64,000 nt of DNA, taken from assembly GCA_963733295.1 (NCBI GenBank), contig CAVTCS010000003.1, positions 2,656,001 through 2,720,000 of the forward strand, written 5' to 3'. Below, piece after piece: positions 1 through 9,654 of this stretch. The stretch's first letter is position 1. Every line of letters starts with the position of its first letter. This stretch comes from Vulcanimicrobiota bacterium. Lineage in GTDB: Bacteria; Vulcanimicrobiota; Vulcanimicrobiia; Vulcanimicrobiales; Vulcanimicrobiaceae. The notes beneath the pieces are model-generated. The model was not told where the DNA came from. It worked only from the letters and a program-made list of their open reading frames with translations, and did no database searches. The position numbers and the translations under genes are program-made.

Positions 1-132
1 CGAACGCCGGATCTCATCGGCTTGGCGATACGCTGCTTGCGAAAAAGCTCCGAGCCCTCCGACGGCCTGGCCGGCCGCGGCCGCGCCGGACGTACCGAAA
101 CCAAAGGCGCCTCGCTCCACGCTGACGCTCAT
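1..132 (-). CDS. N-terminus of an unidentified gene running off the left edge (MSVSVERGAFGFGTSGAAAAGQAVGG...)
   Basis: Minus-strand ATG at 132, preceded by AAGGAG; frame open to the window edge; divergent from menG. Confidence 0.55.
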   Translation of the reverse strand, partial: MSVSVERGAFGFGTSGAAAAGQAVGGLGAFSQAAYRQADEIRRS

Positions 133-232
133 GCTCTTGCTCCTTCTCTCGGAAAACGGCTGTGCGGTTTTCAATCCCGCGCAGCGGCATGAAGGACAAG
201 GCCGCGTCCGGAATCTCCAGGTGCTTAAGCAC

Positions 233-928
233 ATGCAAAAGTCCGTCTACGTCCGCGAGATGTTCGCATCGATCGCGCCCCGTTACGATGCGACCAACCG
301 GCTCTTGACCGGCGGCGTCGACGAACGCTGGCGCCGCCGCGCCGTGCGCGAGCTCGCGCCGCCGCCGGGCGGTAGAGTGCTGGATCTCTGCTGCGGCACC
401 GGCGATCTGACGTTTGCGCTGGCGCGGCGAGACCCGACGCTGCGCCTCGACGGAGTGGACTTTTGCCGTCCGATGCTGGACGGCGCCGAGAAGCGCGCCG
501 CGCAAAGCGCCCGCGGCGCGCAGATCGCCTTCACCCTCGGTGACGTCATGGCGCTGCCCTTTGACGATGCGAGCTTCGATGCCGCGATCATGGGATTCTC
601 GCTGCGCAACGTGGTCGATATCGGGGCGACGCTCAAGGAGATCCGGCGCGTTCTCAAACCCGGTGCGCGCTTTGCCAACCTCGACGTCTCGAAGGCGCCG
701 AACGCCGTGTTCCGGCGCGCTTTCGACCTGTACTTTTATCGCGTGGTGCCGCTCGTCGGCGGACTCGTCGGCGGTTCGCGCGCAGCCTATCGTTATCTGC
801 CGCAGTCCCTCACGAACTACCCCAACGCCGTCGAGCTCGCCGAGCGCCTTTCGAACGCGGGCTTCCGCGAGGTGCGTTTCGTGCGCCTGGGCGGCGGTGC
901 GATCGCCTTGCACCTGGGCAGCGCATGA
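233..928 (+). CDS. menG: Demethylmenaquinone/ubiquinone methyltransferase (UbiE/MenG)
   Basis: MFASIAPRYD..N, SAM motif VLDLCCGTGD, GDVMALPF, LRNV, AYRYLPQS; start placed at ATG 233. Confidence 0.93.
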   Translation: MQKSVYVREMFASIAPRYDATNRLLTGGVDERWRRRAVRELAPPPGGRVLDLCCGTGDLTFALARRDPTLRLDGVDFCRPMLDGAEKRAAQSARGAQIAFTLGDVMALPFDDASFDAAIMGFSLRNVVDIGATLKEIRRVLKPGARFANLDVSKAPNAVFRRAFDLYFYRVVPLVGGLVGGSRAAYRYLPQSLTNYPNAVELAERLSNAGFREVRFVRLGGGAIALHLGSA

Positions 929-1920
929 ACGTCCGCCCGACCGGAGTCTCGCCCGCACCCGCCGATCTCGGCCTGCTGGTCGAGGAATTTTTCGCAAGCA
1001 CGTTCGCGACCGACAATCCCCTGATCACCGAAGCCGTGCGGCGCCTGCTCGCCGCAGGCGGAAAGCGCTTGCGGCCTCGGCTTACCTTGCTGGCCGCCGA
1101 GGCCGGGGGGGCCGATGCGCGCGAACATTTGCCCTTGGCCGCATACATGGAGCTGATCCACGTCGGGACGCTGATCCACGACGACGTCGTCGACCGCGCC
1201 GAAACGCGGCGCGGAGTCAACGCCACCGCAGTCGATTTCGGCAATCGCGTCAGCGTCCTCGCCGGAGACTACCTCTTCGCGTGGATTTTCAAGAACGTGA
1301 CGGCGAACTACGCCGCGCCGATCCCGCACATCCTGAGTTCGACCCTGGCCGACATCACCGATGGCGAAGTCCTGCAGCTGCAGGCGCTCGGCAACTTGGA
1401 TCTCACGCTCGCCGGCTACATCGAGATCGTCATCAAAAAAACCGCCGCGCTCTTCGCGGCGTCGGCCGAATGCGGTGCGCTCGCGGCCGGCGCCACGCCG
1501 CTTCGCGTCAAAGCGCTGCGAGATTTCGGGCTCTACTTCGGCATCGCGTTTCAAATGCTCGACGACCTGCTCGACGTGACCGCAAGCGAAGCCGAGCTCG
1601 GCAAGCCGGTCGGCAACGACCTGCGCGAAAGGAAGATGACGATTCCGGTCATCCTCGCGCTCGAAGCGGGCGGCGTCGATTTCCGTGCGCGCCTCGCCGC
1701 TTTCTATGGAAGCGAGGGCGAGCAGGAGCAGGCGGCCGTCGACGCCCTGCTGGCGCGCATCGCCCAAACCGGGGCCTGGGGTGCAACGCGGGACGCAATC
1801 GCAGGGTACGTCGAACGAGCGCAGCAGTCGCTCGTGCCGCTCGGCTCGGCTCCCGCTCGAGCGGAGCTTTCGGGACTGGCCGGAGCGCTTCTGCGCGACA
1901 GCGCGGCGCGCGCGCGCTAG
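925..1920 (+). CDS. Polyprenyl diphosphate synthase (HepT/IspB-like)
   Basis: GGKRLRP, LIHDDVVD..RRG (FARM), KKTA, FQMLDDLLD (SARM), GKPVGNDL; ATGA overlap with menG. Confidence 0.93.
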   Translation: MNVRPTGVSPAPADLGLLVEEFFASTFATDNPLITEAVRRLLAAGGKRLRPRLTLLAAEAGGADAREHLPLAAYMELIHVGTLIHDDVVDRAETRRGVNATAVDFGNRVSVLAGDYLFAWIFKNVTANYAAPIPHILSSTLADITDGEVLQLQALGNLDLTLAGYIEIVIKKTAALFAASAECGALAAGATPLRVKALRDFGLYFGIAFQMLDDLLDVTASEAELGKPVGNDLRERKMTIPVILALEAGGVDFRARLAAFYGSEGEQEQAAVDALLARIAQTGAWGATRDAIAGYVERAQQSLVPLGSAPARAELSGLAGALLRDSAARAR

Positions 1921-1973
1921 GATGAAGGGGAAACCGGGTCCCGCGCGGGCCGTCCCCGAAGAGGAGCAGGGCT

Positions 1974-2264
1974 ATGTTCGGTAATCCAATGGAAATCGCA
2001 ATTCTCGTCGGCGCGGCCGTTTTGATGTTCGGCGGCGGGAAGATTCGCGAAGTTGCGCGCGGCCTGGGCGCCGCCAAGAAAGAGTTCACGATCGGGCAAG
2101 CCGAGGCCGACATCGCGGCCGAGCGGCTGCGCGCCGAAGCACGCGCTACCGCCGAAGCGCGGGTTGCGGCCGACGCGGCTGCCGGCACGGCCGGCGGAAC
2201 CGCGGCACCGCCTCCTCCAGCGGCTGCGGGCGCCGGGCAAACCCCGACGTCGCCGCAAAGCTAA
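1974..2264 (+). CDS. tatA: Twin-arginine translocase TatA/E
   Basis: Short TM helix, then FGGGKI..ARGLG..KKEF amphipathic helix; GAGGAG RBS; lies upstream of tatC. Confidence 0.9.
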   Translation: MFGNPMEIAILVGAAVLMFGGGKIREVARGLGAAKKEFTIGQAEADIAAERLRAEARATAEARVAADAAAGTAGGTAAPPPPAAAGAGQTPTSPQS

Positions 2265-2282
2265 GCTCGGCGCGCGAGGCCC

Positions 2283-3071
2283 GTGCTGGCCGAACGTCCC
2301 GCGGAGCCGGCTTTCGAATCGAAAGCGGAGTGGGACCAAAAGGAAATGCCCTTCACGGAGCACCTGCGGGAGCTCCGTAACCGTCTGCTCGTTTCCCTGA
2401 CGACCGTGACCGTATTCGCGGTGTGCCTCTTCTGGCCGTCGCAATTCATCATCACCTGGCTCAAGAACGAGTACCTCGGTCCCAAGATAGCGCTGCACGC
2501 GTTCGCTCCGACCGACGTTCTGTTCACCGAGTTCAAGTTCTCGATCTACGCCGCGATCGTGCTCGCGCTGCCGGTGCTGGTGTATCAGGCCTGGATGTTC
2601 GTCGTGCCGGCCTTTCATCCGCGCACGCGCAAGGTCGTGTACATCTACACGCTGCCGTCCATAGTTCTCGCGGCCGGCGGCATCGCGTTCTGTCACTTCT
2701 TCATCATCCATCGCGTGCTGACCGCGCTGCTCTCGATTACGAACTCGGTCGCCGAGGAAACGTTCGGAATCGAGCCGACGCTCAACATCATCCTGCTGAC
2801 GTTCCTGGCTTTCGCACTCGTCTTTCAAACGCCGATGGTGATGGTGGCTTTGGCCCGCATCGGGCTCGTGAATGCCGGCATGCTGCGCAAATATCGCCGC
2901 TACGCCGCCTTCGGCATCCTCCTCTTCGGCGGCATCGCCGCGCCCGACGCGTCGCCCATCACGATGCTGCTGATCGCGACGCCGATGTACGTTCTGTATG
3001 AGGCGAGCATCTGGATCATTCTCTTCCTCGAGCGCGGCTGGCGTCGCGCGGCGAAAGCCGAAGCGCGCTGA
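2283..3071 (+). CDS. tatC: Twin-arginine translocase TatC
   Basis: MPFTEHLRELRNRL, YQAWMFVVPA, FQTP, PDASP...LYE; six TM segments. Confidence 0.95.
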   Translation: MLAERPAEPAFESKAEWDQKEMPFTEHLRELRNRLLVSLTTVTVFAVCLFWPSQFIITWLKNEYLGPKIALHAFAPTDVLFTEFKFSIYAAIVLALPVLVYQAWMFVVPAFHPRTRKVVYIYTLPSIVLAAGGIAFCHFFIIHRVLTALLSITNSVAEETFGIEPTLNIILLTFLAFALVFQTPMVMVALARIGLVNAGMLRKYRRYAAFGILLFGGIAAPDASPITMLLIATPMYVLYEASIWIILFLERGWRRAAKAEAR

Positions 3072-4513
3072 TGTCGGGCAGGAGCGCTGCGTCCGACCGT
3101 CCCCAGCTCTTGGCCGCGCGCTTTCGCGAAGCGATCGACGAGTTGCTCGGGCAGCTCTCGAACTTTTGGTTCGGGATGTCCCTGCTCGCGCTCTGGGGCG
3201 TGATGACGCTCATCGGGGTCGTCGTCGACCAAGGCAAAGACGCCGCGTTCTACCAAACGAACTACACGCCGGCGCTCGCCCGGCTCGTGCTGCGCCTGCA
3301 CCTCGAAAACATCTATCATAGCCCGGCCTACCTCGCGGTCATCGGGCTCATTCTGGTATGCATGACGCTCGCCACGTTCTGGCGCGTCATCCCGGCTCGC
3401 CTACCGCCGCTGCGCGGCGTGAAGATCGCGGCGATTCCGCTCCACGCCAGCGTGCAGATCGACGGCGACGAAGCGACGGTGCGCGCTCGCGTCGAGGAGT
3501 TTTTCGCCGAACGCGGCTGGCTCGTGCGCAAACGCGAACACGGCGGCATCGAGTGGACCTTTGCCGACAAATTCAACTGGGCGCGCAAAGGCGTTCTGAT
3601 CGCGCACGTCGGTTTCGTGCTGATCGCGGCGGGCACGACGCTCTACTGGGCCTTCGGGTACAGCGGCCAGATGGCGATTCTGGCGGGCGGCACGGCGACG
3701 ATTCCCGAGAACGGAACGCGTTTCACCCTCGATCGCTTCAGCTATCGGATCGATCCGATCCAGACGAAGAGCGGGATCGTCTACCAACCGATCGACTACG
3801 TCTCCGACCTGCACGTGGCCGCGCGCAACGGCCCCGCCGAGGCGCAGGTCCTGCGCGTGAACCATCCCCTCGACGTCGACGGCACGCTCTACTATCAGGC
3901 CTCGTACGGTTTCGCGGTCCCATTCACGCTGACCAAGGACGGCCGTCCCCTCCCCAACGTGCCGAGCACGCCGCTCAAAGAAGGCGAAGGGTTCGCGATG
4001 GGCGACACGACGCGCTCGATTCAGTACGCGCGCTTCGTGGGAACGATCGGGCCGGGCAATACGATCGGAGCCGATCCGCGGCCGAACGATCCCGGCGTGA
4101 TCCTCAGCGTTTTCGACGGCGGTCAGCCCATCGGTCAGATTCTCGTGCCGCTCGAGCGCGGCGTCGATCTGGGCGACGGCTATCACGTCCAGGCCGGACG
4201 CTACGTCCTCTACAGCGGCATCCAATACCGGCACGACCCCGGAATACCGCTCGTCGGAATCGGCGCGTTCGTGCTGTTGACCGGACTCTGCATCTGCTTC
4301 TACCTTTTGCCCGCCCGCCTGTTCGTCCGGCTCGATCCAGTCAAAAACGAAGCGGGTCGCGAAACTTGGACGGTCGGGATCGCCGCGACCACGGTCAAGG
4401 GTTACGAGATTTTCGAAGAGCAATTCTACGCGCTCGTCGACGCGCTGCGCGCAGCCGGCGACCTTTCGCAGCACGTCGCGAGCGTCACGAGACCGGTCGC
4501 ATCGCCGACCTAA
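3071..4513 (+). CDS. resB: System II cytochrome c biogenesis protein ResB/Ccs1
   Basis: N-terminal TMs with IYHSP, conserved AHVG His, LRVNHPL, YQASYG, HDPGIP before the last TM. Confidence 0.9.
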   Translation: MSGRSAASDRPQLLAARFREAIDELLGQLSNFWFGMSLLALWGVMTLIGVVVDQGKDAAFYQTNYTPALARLVLRLHLENIYHSPAYLAVIGLILVCMTLATFWRVIPARLPPLRGVKIAAIPLHASVQIDGDEATVRARVEEFFAERGWLVRKREHGGIEWTFADKFNWARKGVLIAHVGFVLIAAGTTLYWAFGYSGQMAILAGGTATIPENGTRFTLDRFSYRIDPIQTKSGIVYQPIDYVSDLHVAARNGPAEAQVLRVNHPLDVDGTLYYQASYGFAVPFTLTKDGRPLPNVPSTPLKEGEGFAMGDTTRSIQYARFVGTIGPGNTIGADPRPNDPGVILSVFDGGQPIGQILVPLERGVDLGDGYHVQAGRYVLYSGIQYRHDPGIPLVGIGAFVLLTGLCICFYLLPARLFVRLDPVKNEAGRETWTVGIAATTVKGYEIFEEQFYALVDALRAAGDLSQHVASVTRPVASPT

Positions 4514-4525
4514 ACACGGAGAGCC

Positions 4526-5500
4526 ATGAATATCGATCAAGTACTCATCCTCATCGCGATCTCGGCTTACATCACCGGCACGCTCGCGCTCCTCATCTAC
4601 TTCCTGTCGCGCGAGAGCTGGGCGAAGATGGCCGGCATTCCCTTCGCGTTCATCGGTTGCATCACGCAGTTCGTCGAACTGGTGTACCGCTGGCAAAGCA
4701 GCCACATCTGGCCCTTGACCAACCTGTATGGTTCGCTCTCGCTTTTCTCGGCGATGAGCGTGGCCATCTTCATCGCGTTCGCGCTGCGATACGACTTGTG
4801 GTTCATGGGAGGTTTCGTGCAAGGGCTCGCGGCCGGCTTCTTGGCTTACGCTCTGACGTGGAACGAAGGCTACTTGCCGGCGGTCCCAGCGCTGCAATCC
4901 TACTGGATCAAAATTCACGTGCCGCTGGTCGTCTCGGCCTACGCGGCCTTCATGGTCGCGTTCGTGTCGGGCGTGCTGTACCTGATCAAATACTACGGCG
5001 AACGCTCGATCGGCGGCGGAAAAGCGGTGCGCGCGCGCGCGACGACGGGCGGCGCATCGTTCGAAGTCGGACTCGCGATGCAAGCCGCTCCCGAGCGCCA
5101 GCCGCGCCTGATCATCGGCGGCGACTCGCCGAACTTGGAAACCGCCGCCGCGGCGGGTAACTCGCTCGCGCTCTGGCTGGCCACGCTTCCGACGCTCGCG
5201 AAACTCGACATCCTGACCTACCGCCTCGTCTCGGTCGGCTTGCCCTTGCTCACCGTCGGCATCATCACCGGCGCGTGGTGGGCGAAGGAAGCGTGGGGCG
5301 CCTACTGGCAGTGGGATCCGAAGGAAACCGCCGCGCTCTTTTCCTGGACGATCTACGCGCTCTACATGCACTTGCACACGCGCAACGCTTGGCGCGGGGT
5401 GCGCTGCGCCTGGCTCGCGACCTTCGGGTTCCTCACGATCATCTTCTGTTATCTCGGCGTGAACATCTGGATCAGCGGACTGCACTCGTACAAAATGTAA
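4526..5500 (+). CDS. ccsA: System II cytochrome c assembly protein CcsA/ResC
   Basis: PALQSYWIKIHV, WWD-domain WAKEAWGAYWQWDPKE, terminal GLHSY. Confidence 0.95.
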   Translation: MNIDQVLILIAISAYITGTLALLIYFLSRESWAKMAGIPFAFIGCITQFVELVYRWQSSHIWPLTNLYGSLSLFSAMSVAIFIAFALRYDLWFMGGFVQGLAAGFLAYALTWNEGYLPAVPALQSYWIKIHVPLVVSAYAAFMVAFVSGVLYLIKYYGERSIGGGKAVRARATTGGASFEVGLAMQAAPERQPRLIIGGDSPNLETAAAAGNSLALWLATLPTLAKLDILTYRLVSVGLPLLTVGIITGAWWAKEAWGAYWQWDPKETAALFSWTIYALYMHLHTRNAWRGVRCAWLATFGFLTIIFCYLGVNIWISGLHSYKM

Positions 5501-7344
5501 ACGCCCCGCAACGGCTGGGCGCGGCGGCGGCAACGCTGGCCGCGCTCGCTTCGTGTGCGCTCTTCTTCGGCAACTACGCGCTCGACGATTCGTTCGTCGG
5601 CTATGCGAACGCGCAGAACCTGGCGCGCGGACTCGGTTTCACGTTCAATCCGGGTGAGCGGCTGCTGACCACGTCCGCGCCGCTGGTCGTACCGCTGTAT
5701 GCCGCGGCCGCCGCGCTGCACGCCGACATCGTGCAGTGCGCGCAGGTAGTCAGCGCGCTCGCGCTCGTGGCTTGCGCTTTGCTGGCCTACCGTCTCGCGC
5801 TCCGCTTGTGCCCGGCGTTCGGCGCCTTCTGCGCGGCCTTCGTCCTCGTGACCTCGCCGCTCGTCGTGCTGCTCTGGTCGCACGAATCGCTCGTTTGGCT
5901 CGCGCTGACCCTCGCCGCCGTCGAACTGACGCTGCAGCGTCGAGTCTCGGGTCCGGTGCTTCTCGGCCTTTCCGCCTTGGCGCGACCCGAAGCTCTCTTC
6001 GTCGCGCCCTTCTTGCTGTACCGAGTCTATCGAACTGCCGGCCGGCGCGCGACCGTGCGTTACGCGTTGCTCGCCGCCCTCCCCTTCGCACTGTGGGCGG
6101 CCTATGCGCTGCCGACGTTCGGGACGGTCTTTTCGCAATCGATCGCAGCCAAGCGCGCACAAATGTTATACGGCGGCGTTCCGTACTTGACCGGACTCGT
6201 CGGGCACTACGTCTACCTGTATGCGAACGCGACCTCGAAAGCGGCGGCGGCCGTTTTGCTCTTCTCGCTCGCACTCGCGCTGCTCGCCGCGGCGCGCGCT
6301 CCCGCCACGCGTTCGGCCACGCTGGCGCTCGCGGTTTGGTTTTGTTTGCTCTCCGCGTTTTACATCGTCGCGCAGGTGCACTTCTTCGATTGGTTCGGGA
6401 TACAGGCCGCAGTCTTCACTGCTTTCGTCGCCGGTGCCGCCTGGGCCGGACCGCCCTCGGTCCTCGCGCGCCTCGGGAGGCTCGCTGCGCTCTGCATCGT
6501 CGCGGTGAACGCGCTCTTCCTCGTCAGTTTGACGCGGGATCCAGCGTTGAAGTACTCGCTCGACGGAATGCTCGTGCTTCCCCACGTCGAGCAGAACAAC
6601 TATTACCGGCTCGCAGTCTACACGCGCGAACATTCGAAACCGCACGATTCGATCGCATATCCCGAAATCGGCCAGTTACGCTATTACGGCGATCGCGCCA
6701 TCGTCGATTTCGATGGGCTCGCATCGCCCGGCGTGGCCCGGGCGATGCAGCGCGGCGATACGATTTGGGCCTTCGAGCGTTACCGGCCGACGATCTTCAT
6801 CGACGCGGAAAGACATTGGGCGAACATCGTCGACCCGCCCGAATACGATTGGTTCGCGCGCGCCTATGCGCGCGGCGAAACCCTCGTTTTGCCGCCCGAA
6901 CCGGGGAAGGACCACTTCACGTTCTACCGCCTCGTGGATGCGGCGGAAATTCCACCGCCCGAGGTGCTCGAGCGCGGAGCCCGGGTGGAGGTCGCCTCCG
7001 ATGGTTTGAGCTTTCGCGCCGTCCCCGGCGACGTCGCCACCAGCGCCTTGGAGGTGCGCCTGGATTCGCGTCGCTGCGCCGGCGGCCGCATCGTCGTCGT
7101 TCCGGCCTCGGGCCCGCGCAGCGCGGTTGCGATCGTTCCGGTACCCTTTCGCGTAGCGGAGCGCGTTCGCGTCGCGCTCGATCCGAAGGCAAGCGGCCCG
7201 TTCGACGGGCGCTTGGAGGGTTGCCGGCCGGGTGCGCTCGCCCCCCCGCTGCTTCCGCGCTTTGGTTTTCTGCTGGTCGACCGCCCCCGCGTGCGCGGAA
7301 CTCGCGCCGACGCGATTCGCCTCTTCGCGCCCACACCGAGCTGA
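5497..7344 (+). CDS. Polytopic GT-C-like membrane protein (putative lipid-linked glycosyltransferase); start codon uncertain
   Basis: DDSFVGYANAQNLARGLGFTFNPGE loop, LARPEA motif, many TMs, soluble C-terminal domain; no ATG/GTG/TTG at the expected position. Confidence 0.7.
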   Translation, partial: VNAPQRLGAAAATLAALASCALFFGNYALDDSFVGYANAQNLARGLGFTFNPGERLLTTSAPLVVPLYAAAAALHADIVQCAQVVSALALVACALLAYRLALRLCPAFGAFCAAFVLVTSPLVVLLWSHESLVWLALTLAAVELTLQRRVSGPVLLGLSALARPEALFVAPFLLYRVYRTAGRRATVRYALLAALPFALWAAYALPTFGTVFSQSIAAKRAQMLYGGVPYLTGLVGHYVYLYANATSKAAAAVLLFSLALALLAAARAPATRSATLALAVWFCLLSAFYIVAQVHFFDWFGIQAAVFTAFVAGAAWAGPPSVLARLGRLAALCIVAVNALFLVSLTRDPALKYSLDGMLVLPHVEQNNYYRLAVYTREHSKPHDSIAYPEIGQLRYYGDRAIVDFDGLASPGVARAMQRGDTIWAFERYRPTIFIDAERHWANIVDPPEYDWFARAYARGETLVLPPEPGKDHFTFYRLVDAAEIPPPEVLERGARVEVASDGLSFRAVPGDVATSALEVRLDSRRCAGGRIVVVPASGPRSAVAIVPVPFRVAERVRVALDPKASGPFDGRLEGCRPGALAPPLLPRFGFLLVDRPRVRGTRADAIRLFAPTPS

Positions 7345-7378
7345 CGCAACGCGGGCTGCGCCGCGGGGGTTGGACGGT

Positions 7379-8881
7379 GTGGTGGAGATTCTAACCGCGC
7401 CCGAGGGCGCACCGATCGAGGAGCTGCGGCTCGTCCCGAGCTACGCGGACGAGCTCGGCGCAGCGTTCGTGCAGCGCATCGAGCCGACGCCGCTTCCGGA
7501 GCCGTATCTGGTCGCCTTCAATCCCGCCGTCGCACCGCTGGTCGGCCTCGCGCCGAGCGAAGCGCAACGCCCCGAATTCCTGCGCATCGCCGCAGGCAAC
7601 TCGCGTTTCGCCGGCGCCGAACCGTTCGCGTCCTTGTACGCGGGGCATCAGTTCGGTGCGTTCGTTCCGCAACTCGGCGACGGCCGCGCCATCACGCTCG
7701 GCGAATTCGAGAACGCCGCGGGCGGGCGTTTCGAATGGCAGCTTAAAGGCGCGGGAACCACCGCGTTCTCGCGCTTCGGCGACGGTCGCGCGGTGCTCCG
7801 CTCGACGATTCGCGAATACCTCGCGAGCGAAGCGCTGGCCGCGCTCGGCATCCCGACCACGCGCGCGCTCGCGATCGCGGGCAGCGACGCGCCGGTTTTT
7901 CGCGAGCGAGTCGAGACGGCGGCGGTGCTGTCGCGGATCGCGCCGTCCCACGTGCGTTTCGGCTCGTTCGAAGCCTTTCACTATCGGAACAAATTCGAGG
8001 AGCTCGCGCAACTCGCCGACTATACGATCTCGCGCTTCTATCCCGAGTTGACCGATCTCGAGCCCAAAGAGCGCTACGCGCGCTTTCTGAGCGCGGTCGT
8101 GGAACGGACGGCCCGGTTGTTCGCCGAGTGGCAAGCGGTCGGGTTCGCGCACGGGGTCCTGAACACCGACAACATGTCGATCCTCGGCCTCACGCTCGAC
8201 TACGGTCCCTACGGTTTTTTGGACGAATACGATCCCGAGTTCGTTTGCAACCATAGCGATACCGAGGGTCGCTACTCTTTCGAGCGCCAGGCGACGATCG
8301 GACTTTGGAATTGTCACGCGCTGGCGGCCGCGCTCCGTTCTCTCGTCCCGAAGGCCGAGGCCGAACCGCTGCTGGCTGCCTACGAGCCTGCCTTTCGCGG
8401 ACGTCTCCTCGACTTGCTCCGGGCGAAATTCGGTCTGGCGACGGTCCACGAAGACGATGCCGACTTGCTCGCGACGGGGCTCGACGCGTTGGCGCACGGC
8501 GAGGTCGACTACACGTTGTTCTTCCGGCGCTTGTCAGGCTTTGCGCGAGAAAGTTCTGCGACGGACGACGCGCTGGCGGAACTTTTTTCCAACCGCGACG
8601 AGTGGTATGCGTGGCAGCAGCGGTATCGCGAGCGGCTGGGGCGCGAGGCGCGGGACGACGAAGCGCGCCGGCACGGGATGCTTGCGGTAAATCCCAAATA
8701 TGTGCTACGAAACTACTTAGCTCAGGCCGCAATCGTAAAAGCCGAAGCACGCGACTACTCAGAGCTCGAGCGTCTGCACGCAGTCCTGCGCGCGCCGTTC
8801 GAGGAGCAACCCGAAAACGAGCCGTATGCGCAGCCCCCGCCGGCCTCCGCAAAACACATCGAGGTCAGCTGTTCGTCGTAG
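7379..8881 (+). CDS. selO: Protein adenylyltransferase SelO/YdiU
   Basis: YAGHQFG..VPQLGDGRA, QLKGAG.T.FSR.GDGRAVLRSTIRE, GFAHGVLNTDNMS, NPKYVLRNY, C-terminal SCSS. Confidence 0.95.
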   Translation: MVEILTAPEGAPIEELRLVPSYADELGAAFVQRIEPTPLPEPYLVAFNPAVAPLVGLAPSEAQRPEFLRIAAGNSRFAGAEPFASLYAGHQFGAFVPQLGDGRAITLGEFENAAGGRFEWQLKGAGTTAFSRFGDGRAVLRSTIREYLASEALAALGIPTTRALAIAGSDAPVFRERVETAAVLSRIAPSHVRFGSFEAFHYRNKFEELAQLADYTISRFYPELTDLEPKERYARFLSAVVERTARLFAEWQAVGFAHGVLNTDNMSILGLTLDYGPYGFLDEYDPEFVCNHSDTEGRYSFERQATIGLWNCHALAAALRSLVPKAEAEPLLAAYEPAFRGRLLDLLRAKFGLATVHEDDADLLATGLDALAHGEVDYTLFFRRLSGFARESSATDDALAELFSNRDEWYAWQQRYRERLGREARDDEARRHGMLAVNPKYVLRNYLAQAAIVKAEARDYSELERLHAVLRAPFEEQPENEPYAQPPPASAKHIEVSCSS

Positions 8882-8984
8882 CGGGGAGTTAGATTCTGGG
8901 GTCAAATAATCGAACCTGGCGCCCTCTGTCCTATTTGAAATTTGGCGTCACGGCGTTCCCGCGCGAGAGAGGCTGAAGAGCAAC

Positions 8985-9644
8985 GTGGCTGGACACGAAG
9001 TGCAGGCATACCAGGATCCCGGCACGCCGGAAGAGCAATCCCGCCGCCAGTTCATGGCGAACGCCACGCTGGCGATCGGCGGGGTCATTGGTCTCGTGCT
9101 GACCGTTCCACTGGTCATTTCGCTGATTCCCGAATCGCTCGTAAAACCGGATAAAGCGGGCGGGGTCTGGTCGCCTATCTCGAGCGACGAATTCAAAGCG
9201 CTCCAGGGTGCGACCGGGACGCCGGTCAAAATCACGTTCGATTTCAAATACACCGACGGCTACATCCCGCCGGCCGAAGACACCAAGTTCGTCTACGGCA
9301 TCCGCTTGACTGCAGCGCAGCAGGCCGACTTTGAGAAGAGCCGTCCCGACCTGTTCGGAAACCCCAACGCCGAAGTGCATTACCCCGCCGTCAACATGGG
9401 GTTCGTGATCTTCAGCTCGGTTTGCCCGCACTTGGGTTGCCGCTACGATTGGAACGGCGACGCGAAGCGCTTCATCTGCCCGTGTCACGGCTCGCAGTTC
9501 AACGAAGTCGGCGCGCATCTCGCCGGTCCCGCTCCCCGCGGTCTCGATCCGCTGCCTTTCCGCGAGCAGAACGGCATAGCCCAGATCACCTGGATTCAAT
9601 ACAAATCCGGTCAGCCGGATCGCGTCATCGTCTCCTACAGCTAG
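8985..9644 (+). CDS. qcrA: Rieske 2Fe-2S subunit of a quinol:cytochrome c reductase (Tat-exported)
   Basis: SRRQFM twin-arginine signal plus TM; CPHLGC and CPCHGSQF boxes; GPAPRGL. Confidence 0.93.
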   Translation: MAGHEVQAYQDPGTPEEQSRRQFMANATLAIGGVIGLVLTVPLVISLIPESLVKPDKAGGVWSPISSDEFKALQGATGTPVKITFDFKYTDGYIPPAEDTKFVYGIRLTAAQQADFEKSRPDLFGNPNAEVHYPAVNMGFVIFSSVCPHLGCRYDWNGDAKRFICPCHGSQFNEVGAHLAGPAPRGLDPLPFREQNGIAQITWIQYKSGQPDRVIVSYS

Positions 9645-9654
9645 GGAGCGACCT

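Noticed and set aside
1922..1984. 20-aa ORF MKGKPGPARAVPEEEQGYVR between the prenyl synthase and tatA
   Set aside because: No RBS of its own; it merely spans the tatA RBS
8860..8881. Selenocysteine readthrough in SelO
   Set aside because: The C-terminus is VSCSS with a TGT Cys and a TAG stop; there is no in-frame TGA
8902..8938. TCAAATA/TATTTGA inverted repeat upstream of qcrA
   Set aside because: Only 7-bp arms with a 23-bp spacer; cannot be assigned to a regulator
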